Translations under genes and position numbers: made by a program
Virus record (IMG/VR): IMGVR_UViG_2690315992_000010
Reading direction: 5' to 3' (one strand)
From: a virus
Lineage: Duplodnaviria; Heunggongvirae; Uroviricota; Caudoviricetes
Length of the DNA: 35,687 nucleotides
The notes under the pieces: generated by a model
Seen by the model: the letters and a program-made list of their open reading frames with translations, nothing else
What the model was told of the DNA's origin: nothing
Database searches by the model: none
Shown: piece by piece, positions 27,810-34,324 of the stretch
Layout of the letters: each line of letters starts with the position of its first letter
Position numbering within the stretch: the first letter of the stretch is position 1

Positions 27810-28043
27810 ATGACTATGACTACTAAAGCTACTCGCGGTCGCCCTGCCCGTTTTAACGCTGAACAGATGGCTGATATTGCCTACGCTTATTATACAGCGG
27901 ATCGTGGTAAGGAAGCGAAAGAACAGATTCTTAGTGAACATGGGATCTCAATCGCCCAATTCTATAAGAATATGAAGAAGTTGGACATTAAATTCTATGT
28001 TCAGATCGGTGATGGTCAGATCGTAGAAGCAACAGGTTTTTGA
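27810..28043 (+). CDS. small helix-turn-helix DNA-binding protein (paralogue 2)
   Basis: 77 aa from ATG 27810 (GGAG RBS); RGRPARFNAEQMADIAYAYY...ISIAQFYKNMKKLDI. Track start 27783 is GTG. Confidence 0.5.
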   Translation: MTMTTKATRGRPARFNAEQMADIAYAYYTADRGKEAKEQILSEHGISIAQFYKNMKKLDIKFYVQIGDGQIVEATGF

Positions 28044-28058
28044 GTTTTGATTCTCTTT

Positions 28059-28082
28059 GCCACTCTTCGGAGTGGCTTTTTT
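28059..28082 (+). terminator. intrinsic terminator
   Basis: GCCACTC-ttcg-GAGTGGC followed by TTTTTTG. Confidence 0.7.
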
Positions 28083-28203
28083 GTATGTAAAACAATCGGC
28101 GCAAAACTGCGCTCATTTCTAAGTTGAGTCCAAATCTGGACTGATCTATAGATGCATCCAAATCTGGAGGGATGCGCTTAAAGTTCAGCGCATCTACAGA
28201 TAC

Positions 28204-28228
28204 AAAAAAGCCCCTGAAATTCAGGGGC
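28204..28228 (-). terminator. intrinsic (bidirectional) terminator after Rha operon
   Basis: AAAAAA-GCCCCTGAA-at-TTCAGGGGC-AAAAATT; its right half is the TTCAGGGGCAAAAAT motif that forms the iteron array at 30.7-30.9 kb. Confidence 0.65.
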
Positions 28229-28236
28229 AAAAATTA

Positions 28237-29070
28237 TTACAGTCCGAAGACTTCCAGAGAGCCAGCATTCTGACGAATCAGCAAAGCAGTGTTATTAATG
28301 ATTGCTCGTGAGTTATTCGGCTGTGGCAATTTCAAAGTTGCGGCCTTTTCTTCTTCAAGCAATCCGAGTTTTACGAGATGCGGGATAGCATCAGCAGTGA
28401 ACTCGATCTGACCGTGTGCCGACATACGAGCGAACATATAGCCAGGAGGAAGCAGATCATAGCCTTTAGGCTTACCAGAAGCATCCAGACGACGCTCAAG
28501 AACACCAGCAGCACATAAACCTTTCAGAATCATTTGTACCTTCGTAGAGCCTCGTTTTTCGCCTAATAAGCGGCTAAGACTGTGTGCATCAATAGCTTTA
28601 CGGATATGAAGATCAACTAATTGTTCTTTTTCTTGAATCAGTTGTTCGTTTGCGGCTTCTAATTCCATTGCCTCACGAATCCAATCGAGCTTAGTCATGT
28701 TTGCGTATGGGTTGACTTGCTGAGAACGCAGTTTTTCATTTTCTTCTTTCAGTCGTTTCCATTCCTGAATAACAACCATTCGACGCTTAACATCGTAACC
28801 AGTGACAAGAGTCAGAGTCATTTCTTCGTCTAGTTGATATTCGTTTTGTTCGCGTCCGTATTGGTCAAAATAGATGACGCGAAACTTCGCGTGATCTTCA
28901 TAACCTAGAGCATTCAACATCTTAGTTATATCAACTTTAACTTTGTGGTGTTCTTTTCCGGTAAATTCAGCGATCTGACGAGAAGACATGGTCAGTGGTT
29001 TGGTGTTATCAACAACCAGAGACACGGAAGCAGTTTTAACAGCAGTATTCATAGTAGTAACAGTATTCAT
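28237..29070 (-). CDS. Rha-family phage regulatory protein / antirepressor
   Basis: N-terminal LTMSSRQIAEFTGKEHHKVKVDI matches the Rha-domain signature; ~150-aa C-terminal antirepressor-like domain. Confidence 0.65.
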   Translation of the reverse strand: MNTVTTMNTAVKTASVSLVVDNTKPLTMSSRQIAEFTGKEHHKVKVDITKMLNALGYEDHAKFRVIYFDQYGREQNEYQLDEEMTLTLVTGYDVKRRMVVIQEWKRLKEENEKLRSQQVNPYANMTKLDWIREAMELEAANEQLIQEKEQLVDLHIRKAIDAHSLSRLLGEKRGSTKVQMILKGLCAAGVLERRLDASGKPKGYDLLPPGYMFARMSAHGQIEFTADAIPHLVKLGLLEEEKAATLKLPQPNNSRAIINNTALLIRQNAGSLEVFGL

Positions 29071-29159
29071 AGTAAAAATTCCCCTTAAACGGTTTAGTGA
29101 TTTGGTCCTCCTAGTTCCGGCATCTCAACCGGAACAATTTTATTTATGATAGAAATTTA

Positions 29160-29492
29160 TTACCAATCGATTTCTACTTGGTCTTCTTCATAATAAGGAA
29201 TCGCATATTCATAACGCCAATTTTCGATGATTTCACGTTCTTCATTAGTAAGAAGGTGATTGTTAACTGGAGTCGCATTGTGATTACCAGCTTCGAATTG
29301 CTCGCGAACTTCCAGCATTGCATGAATACCAGTTAAGGTCATCAGATCAAACGGAACATGCATACTACGGGAGATAGTTTCACGGGATACACCCCAATCA
29401 TTTTCTACATGGCTAGGGGTTACAGAAACGGTTTTGCCGGAGATTTTAACAGTCCAGTCATACAGGGATTTAGTGATGGTAAATTCTTTCAT
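29160..29492 (-). CDS. hypothetical protein
   Basis: 110-aa ORF with AGAGGA RBS, first gene downstream of promoter at 29549-29577. Confidence 0.5.
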   Translation of the reverse strand: MKEFTITKSLYDWTVKISGKTVSVTPSHVENDWGVSRETISRSMHVPFDLMTLTGIHAMLEVREQFEAGNHNATPVNNHLLTNEEREIIENWRYEYAIPYYEEDQVEIDW

Positions 29493-29548
29493 GTTACATC
29501 CTCTTTACAAATCTAGGTCAAATAGGTTCAAAGTTGTCAAGCGCGATA

Positions 29549-29577
29549 ATCATAAAAAAGTCAGAAATTTTTGTCAA
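29549..29577 (-). promoter_or_regulatory. candidate sigma70 promoter (leftward) overlapped by palindromic operator
   Basis: Minus-strand -35 TTGACA (29577-29572), 17-bp spacer, -10 TATGAT (29554-29549). Palindrome TTGTCAA-tacccc-TTGACAA at 29571-29590 overlaps the -35. Confidence 0.4.
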
Positions 29578-29612
29578 TACCCCTTGACAAGACGCCAAAG
29601 GGTTGACCTAAC

Positions 29613-30071
29613 TTACAGCATATCTAAGCCTTCATCGTAACCGTAGAAGCCACCGTGAGAAGAGAAAGCGATTGGTGCGTAGTCTTCGTCTTCCTCATCT
29701 TGTTCTGGGGCTTCCTGAGCGGTTTCTTTACCGTAATTAAACATTGCTTCATCCAGTTCACGAAGAGTCAAGAAGCTACCCAGGTCAATGTCACCGGAAC
29801 GGACTTGAAACGGCAGATCATCACGAACAATAATTGCTGGTAGATTCTGGTACTTTAAGCGTTCTTCATCGGTGAAGACGTTAACAACAATGGTCGGCTT
29901 CTTATTACGGCAAAACGCATACCATGCACTAGAGAAATGGGATTCATCAGAGTTGAAAAGGATGTTATAACCACGTTCACGGAACATCTTCATTAACTTG
30001 TCATTGTGGAAGCTATCAGAATCCAGACCCAGAAGGATAAAAGGAGTAGTGGTAGTCATCTTGTGGTTCAT
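29613..30071 (-). CDS. hypothetical protein with acidic C-terminal tail
   Basis: 152 aa, GAGGA RBS; C-terminus EAPEQDEEDEDYAP; no domain recognised. Confidence 0.5.
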   Translation of the reverse strand: MNHKMTTTTPFILLGLDSDSFHNDKLMKMFRERGYNILFNSDESHFSSAWYAFCRNKKPTIVVNVFTDEERLKYQNLPAIIVRDDLPFQVRSGDIDLGSFLTLRELDEAMFNYGKETAQEAPEQDEEDEDYAPIAFSSHGGFYGYDEGLDML

Positions 30072-30713
30072 AGTGGAAATCCTCTAAAAGAAAGTGAATC
30101 AAACAAATTACACTAGTATTTATAACGAGAATTTTTTATCTATTTGGAAGGGATTGGTATTCAGTCGGGCATAGCCCTCCTTCATAGATTTTGATTAAAT
30201 CATCATCAAAACGAAGAAGTATCTTTAGAATATAAGAATCTTTCTTTCGAAGAAAGAATAATCAGGAAGCAATTTCAGCAACCGCAGGTTGCGATCCCGA
30301 AGGGATAACCAATACCTTTCTAGAAAGTGATTGTTACTCACTTCGTTCGTTTACTAGAATCAGTTATCATCTAGTATTAAAATCCCTTTCTAAGAAAATC
30401 CTTTCAAAAGTGATTCTCGATGCCACGCAGTGGCGTCGCAGACGTTTGAGAGTGAGCGAAGCGAGCGAGCAAACTAGTTAATTCCTTCTAAGACCATCTA
30501 GTATCATCTAGTTTAAATTAGTTGTTACTAGAAGTAATTGGTTAGCGCTACGCGCAGTCGGGCAAAGCCCTCCTAATATCTTTTTGGTTATTTTTGGTTT
30601 TACACATGAGCGTAGCGAATGTGTTATATAATATCTATGCACGCCCGATTCCCCGTTTTTACCCCTCACTAAGTTAATGTTTTATAAAGAGTTTTTCTTA
30701 CCAATCCTTTTCG

Positions 30714-30906
30714 GGGGCAAATTTCAGGGGCAAAAATTAGATTTTAAGGGGCAATTATTGGCATTTCAGGGGCAAAAATGAGGGGCAAAATCACTGTTTC
30801 CCAGAATTTCAGGGGCAAAAATAGTGGGTTTCAGGGGCAAAAATGGGATAGTGGAATCTTGGGTATTTTGGTTCGGGGGCAAAATTCAGAATTTCAGGGG
30901 CAATTC
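30714..30906. repeat. array of ~9 direct GGGGCAA(A/T) iterons (5 copies of full TTTCAGGGGCAAAAAT)
   Basis: Core starts near 30715, 30727, 30749, 30770, 30782, 30811, 30832, 30876, 30897; spacings mostly 12 or 21 bp; non-coding. Confidence 0.6.
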
Positions 30907-30993
30907 CCATCAAATATTTTGATAGAAAATTCTTGTATATTATTTAATCAAAAAATCACCAAAAAGTGGCGTAAGTTAATGATTTAAAAAGAA

Positions 30994-31019
30994 TTGTCAA
31001 AAGGTCTCCGTGCTATAAT
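30994..31019 (+). promoter_or_regulatory. candidate extended -10 promoter (rightward)
   Basis: TTGTCAA at 30994-31000 and TGcTATAAT at 31011-31019. Confidence 0.35.
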
Positions 31020-31099
31020 AGGTTATAAAGGTTGATAATCCTGATCTACCATTTTCAAACAAAAATTTTGATAGTCATTTCTCGCTTAGGTCAAGTGTA

Positions 31100-31128
31100 T
31101 TGACAACTGTCAAGGATTATTTTATACT
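31100..31128 (+). promoter_or_regulatory. candidate strong sigma70 promoter (rightward) with palindromic -35 region
   Basis: TTGACA (31100-31105), 17-bp spacer, TATACT (31123-31128); -35 lies in palindrome TTGACAACTGTCAA. Confidence 0.5.
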
Positions 31129-31263
31129 TTTTCTCACTGGTGGGGGTTGAAATTTTCTAAACAGTCCCCATATAGATGATAAGCAAGAATTTCCACGTTA
31201 TAAATACATGTGTGAAATGATTGTTCACTTCTGAAAATCTCCTGATCCACTGCTAATTCATAC

Positions 31264-31291
31264 AGCACTGGTTAGATATACAGTGCTTTTT
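31264..31291 (+). terminator. intrinsic terminator-like hairpin (possible end of a ~160-nt small RNA)
   Basis: AGCACTG-gttagatata-CAGTGCT followed by TTTT. Confidence 0.4.
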
Positions 31292-31415
31292 CGGTTGAAT
31301 ATTGTACGAATTGATTAATAATTAATCTTCTCTTTAGCAATTCGTGCTCCCACTGATCGGATATACAGTGGTTTTACAGGGTTTTCTGAAAATCATTTTA
31401 TAAATACAAGTGTTC

Positions 31416-31436
31416 AGAGCGAAATGCTCTTTTTTA
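31416..31436 (+). terminator. attenuator hairpin immediately upstream of gene 31471
   Basis: AGAGC-gaaat-GCTCT followed by TTTTTT. Confidence 0.45.
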
Positions 31437-31470
31437 AGAAATTATTAATCCACATGTGAGGAATCGACTG

Positions 31471-31650
31471 ATGGCTAGACCTGTTAAGTTCACTCGTGAA
31501 ATGATTGTTGATATTGCTAAACGCTTTTACAGCGACACTGAGCGAGGCGGGGAAAACTTCTTTAAGAAGGAAGGAATTGATAGAAGCGGATTCTACAAGC
31601 TAATGAAGAAATACGAAATTCAGGTAAAGATTAACGTTCAAGTTTGTTAA
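31471..31650 (+). CDS. small helix-turn-helix DNA-binding protein (paralogue 3)
   Basis: 59 aa from ATG 31471 (GAGGA RBS); ARPVKFTREMIVDIAKRFY...IDRSGFYKLMKKYEI parallels the 27810 protein. Track start 31456 is GTG. Confidence 0.5.
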   Translation: MARPVKFTREMIVDIAKRFYSDTERGGENFFKKEGIDRSGFYKLMKKYEIQVKINVQVC

Positions 31651-31765
31651 TCCACTTTCACTGAGAATTATATGATGGCTTTAAAAAAAGAAAAAGCCTC
31701 CCTTGTTGCAGCAAAGGAGGCTTGAAATGAACAATTAAAACTAACTTTCTACAGGAGTATTTATA

Positions 31766-32710
31766 ATGTTATTTTCCGCTAACTTTTTCACTAACGAAGT
31801 AACCAACGCTAAAGCAGTTATCAAATTTGGCACCGAAGCAAACAAGAAGATTCAGCCGAAAGTTGTTGTTCATGTTTCCTTTGCGCAGCAGAAATCCGCT
31901 TTCGCTGGCTTTAAAGCACATCGTGAAGCACTGATCGCGGCTGGCTTTGGTGTTGACGGTAAACTGCCTAACGGCATTCGTAAAGCAATCGACCGCGTTA
32001 AACCTGCTAAAGACGTTGCAGTAGACCACATCGTTACTTTCACCGTTAAGAACTCTTCTGAACTGTTCCACCTAGTGATTGCTGGTGATACTGCTATCGT
32101 TTCCGCTCCTAACATGGATTTTCAGGATACCGCTGATTGCAACATTACCTTTGGTCGTCGTAAAGAAGTTACCGGAAAAGCTAAACTGAACTTCACCAAA
32201 TCCGGCAATCCTTACTTTGCTGTATTCTTTAACAGCCACGCTACTGAGAAAGAAGTAGTAGAACTGGTTGCATATGAAGGTGAAGAAAAAGCACGTATTG
32301 AATCTTGCGACGCTTTCGTAGAACTGGAAGCACAGGTTAATGCTGTTTCTCCGGTTGCTGTTGAAGATCGTTTCTCTGCACTGGAAGCACAGATCGCAGA
32401 ACTGAAAGCTGCGCTGGAAGAAAAAGACCAGATCATCGAAGCACAGAAAGCTGAGATTGAAGAACTGAAAGCTAAAGAAGTTGCTCCGGTGGCAGTAGTT
32501 GAAAATGCGGCTGATGAGGCCGCAAATGATGAAGTAGAAGTGAAAATCGATGTGATGCGTGATCCGATGGCTGCACTGCAATTGCTTCGTTCTTTTAAGG
32601 GCAAATCTCATTTTTCTAGTGATGCGGTAGACGAGGAAGAAGAACAGAAACGCAATGTTGCAATGCTTCATGATGAAATGTACGGTACTAACTTTTCTTA
32701 CTGCCAATAA
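31766..32710 (+). CDS. hypothetical protein, apparently highly expressed (N-terminal globular part, C-terminal Ala/Glu-rich coiled-coil-like region)
   Basis: 314 aa; consensus AGGAG RBS 8 nt before ATG; codon usage strongly skewed to CTG/CGT/GGT/GAA/AAA/GCT; bracketed by terminators. No family recognised. Confidence 0.6.
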   Translation: MLFSANFFTNEVTNAKAVIKFGTEANKKIQPKVVVHVSFAQQKSAFAGFKAHREALIAAGFGVDGKLPNGIRKAIDRVKPAKDVAVDHIVTFTVKNSSELFHLVIAGDTAIVSAPNMDFQDTADCNITFGRRKEVTGKAKLNFTKSGNPYFAVFFNSHATEKEVVELVAYEGEEKARIESCDAFVELEAQVNAVSPVAVEDRFSALEAQIAELKAALEEKDQIIEAQKAEIEELKAKEVAPVAVVENAADEAANDEVEVKIDVMRDPMAALQLLRSFKGKSHFSSDAVDEEEEQKRNVAMLHDEMYGTNFSYCQ

Positions 32711-32714
32711 AAAA

Positions 32715-32732
32715 GGGACTCCGAAGAGTCCC
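32715..32732. terminator. bidirectional intrinsic terminator
   Basis: AAAAAA-GGGACTC-cgaa-GAGTCCC-TAGTAAGTTT; stronger T-tract on minus strand. Confidence 0.55.
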
Positions 32733-32806
32733 TAGTAAGTTTAGGTTAGGTTTGCACAACAAAGATGAACATAATGCTACATTATTCTTTAAAGCCAGAA
32801 AAATAA

Positions 32807-32824
32807 CCGCCTCTTTCGAGGCGG
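32807..32824 (-). terminator. intrinsic terminator (minus strand)
   Basis: CCGCCT-ctttcg-AGGCGG with minus-strand T-tract (TTATTTTTCT). Confidence 0.5.
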
Positions 32825-32981
32825 GAGGATTAATACTCAATCTATACTTGTTATGTTTTTATGTTGTATAGATCCTGACTATGAAAACACTGTACTGGAG
32901 TGTGTTTTATGGCTTTTAATCGGGAATCCTCAAAGAAGATCCCCTGTTAATAACCATAAGGAGAAAAGGCAGATTACACTA

Positions 32982-33155
32982 TTATTTAGTATCCTTTTTA
33001 CAGCAACTAAAAAGAATAAACAAAAAGAAGCATACCCAGCCGTAAGGCGTACCGATTAGAAATTTGAAAAACACCACCAGCGATATAAAAATCAATTTAA
33101 TGCCAGCGACGATAGTCAAAAACAGCAGAGTAGCAAAGTAGACAAAAAGATCCAT
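32982..33155 (-). CDS. small hydrophobic membrane protein, ~57 aa (two predicted TM segments)
   Basis: ATG ~33155 with AGAGGA RBS; MDLFVYFATLLFLTIVAGIKLIFISLVVFFKFLIGTPYGWVCFFLFILF...; not in ORF track. Confidence 0.25.
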   Translation of the reverse strand: MDLFVYFATLLFLTIVAGIKLIFISLVVFFKFLIGTPYGWVCFFLFILFSCCKKDTK

Positions 33156-33208
33156 AGATAATCCTCTTTGAAAACGACCATCATCTATAGTTCAATTCAT
33201 CGATTTAA

Positions 33209-33310
33209 TTAATTATACTTGAAAGCGTTACACAAAGTAGAAATGCCAATATGTGCCAGTGAATATACGATAGTTAATCCTACAGCCAGATAAATCAAAA
33301 ATTCAACCAT
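33209..33310 (-). CDS. small hydrophobic peptide, ~33 aa
   Basis: ATG ~33310 with GAGGA RBS; MVEFLIYLAVGLTIVYSLAHIGISTLCNAFKYN; not in ORF track. Confidence 0.2.
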   Translation of the reverse strand: MVEFLIYLAVGLTIVYSLAHIGISTLCNAFKYN

Positions 33311-33408
33311 AGGTAAATCCTCAAATAAGAAAAAGGTTAGCGGGGGATGTTCTCCCCCGTAGGCGTTGACCCATTCAACACCCTTCACATATATTTAGTA
33401 TCTAATTT

Positions 33409-33966
33409 TTACGACACATCAAATTCATCATCTTCTTCTGGTTCTTGTTCTTCCGGTTCATCCATTAATGGTAATTCTTCTTCCTCGTCTTCTCCCAAAT
33501 CTGCATTTTCGAACAAGTCCCCTACTTCATTTAAACGACGCTCGATGATCTCCCTTAGCTTATTCTTCAATGTTTTCTGGTCAGTTGCAGATTCGAGAAT
33601 TTCTAAAGCGTCGATTGTGGCGATCTGCAAAATAGTCTGTTTCACTTTCCCGCAGTATTCCGCTAGTTGCTGTTCTACATAACCGACAGGAATCAGGAGA
33701 TTCATTTTTTCCTGGTTCTCTCGTTCGGCTGCATCTGCCATTGCTCTTTCTCTGCGGAGACGTTCTTGATCAATCGCTTCTTTGATTGAAGTTTGTTTAA
33801 GTGGGTTAATTACGTTCTTTAGCACCCAATCGCAACCTTCCTTTGCTGGAACACGCCTCTTATTGGTATTGTAAGGTAGTCCCCTTTCTAACCATCGCTT
33901 ACCGCCACCATTCAATGTATAACCATATAAACGGGAAATTTCTGTAAGGGTTAATTCTTCTTTCAT
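33409..33966 (-). CDS. terminase small subunit (Nu1-like) candidate
   Basis: N-terminal HTH segment LTLTEISRLYGYTLNGGGKRWLERGLPY resembles the Nu1 DNA-binding domain pattern; central coiled-coil; strongly acidic C-terminus; GGAGGA RBS; palindromes and GC-rich site just upstream. Confidence 0.5.
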   Translation of the reverse strand: MKEELTLTEISRLYGYTLNGGGKRWLERGLPYNTNKRRVPAKEGCDWVLKNVINPLKQTSIKEAIDQERLRRERAMADAAERENQEKMNLLIPVGYVEQQLAEYCGKVKQTILQIATIDALEILESATDQKTLKNKLREIIERRLNEVGDLFENADLGEDEEEELPLMDEPEEQEPEEDDEFDVS

Positions 33967-33984
33967 TGGTTATCCTCCATTAAA

Positions 33985-34043
33985 TTTGCGTAATTTTATT
34001 TATTGGTTTTACGCAAAATCTAAGCGCCTAAAACGCGTTTTAG
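33985..34043. promoter_or_regulatory. palindromic protein-binding sites upstream of small terminase gene (cosB-like candidates)
   Basis: Inverted repeat TTTGCGTAA-N15-TTACGCAAA (33985-34017) and perfect 16-bp palindrome CTAAAACGCGTTTTAG (34028-34043). Confidence 0.4.
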
Positions 34044-34090
34044 CGAAGGGAAAGATCCAGTAATGGTAAGGGTTAGGAAGGGGGTTAATA

Positions 34091-34109
34091 GTCGCGTAGC
34101 GACCGCGCC
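34091..34109. other. candidate cos nicking region (GC-rich island with dyad symmetry)
   Basis: GTCGCGTAGCGACCGCGCC in AT-rich context ~125-145 bp upstream of the Nu1-like start, the position expected for cosN in lambda-like genomes. Inference only. Confidence 0.25.
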
Positions 34110-34324
34110 ATGAGTGAAGTGATCACGTTTTAAAATCTCACACGCACATCAAATACCGGGGTGCCGAAAACTCCCTTTATTTCATCCGTGGAACAGTACC
34201 TTTTTAATTTGTCAAGCATTAATTTCTTAATTTAATTACTAAATCTCATCCCAATAATTGAAAAAATATCAAAAATCAATAAAGTAAGCATCTAAAAGTC
34301 AGTCCATACCAAAAGAGGTATAAA

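Noticed and set aside
30714-30906. Possible CRISPR array suggested by the regularly recurring GGGGCAA motif
   Set aside because: Repeat units are only 8-16 bp, spacers are irregular (12-44 bp) and partly overlapping, and there are no cas genes; better explained as protein-binding iterons.
30072-31470. tRNA or other canonical RNA genes in the long non-coding region
   Set aside because: No cloverleaf-compatible arrangement or conserved T-loop (GTTCRANYC) motif found by eye; not claimed.
31769-32707. Minus-strand ORFs (100, 81, 211 and 130 aa) overlapping the 314-aa plus-strand gene
   Set aside because: Antisense to a gene with strong RBS and codon bias; translations are low complexity; no independent signals.
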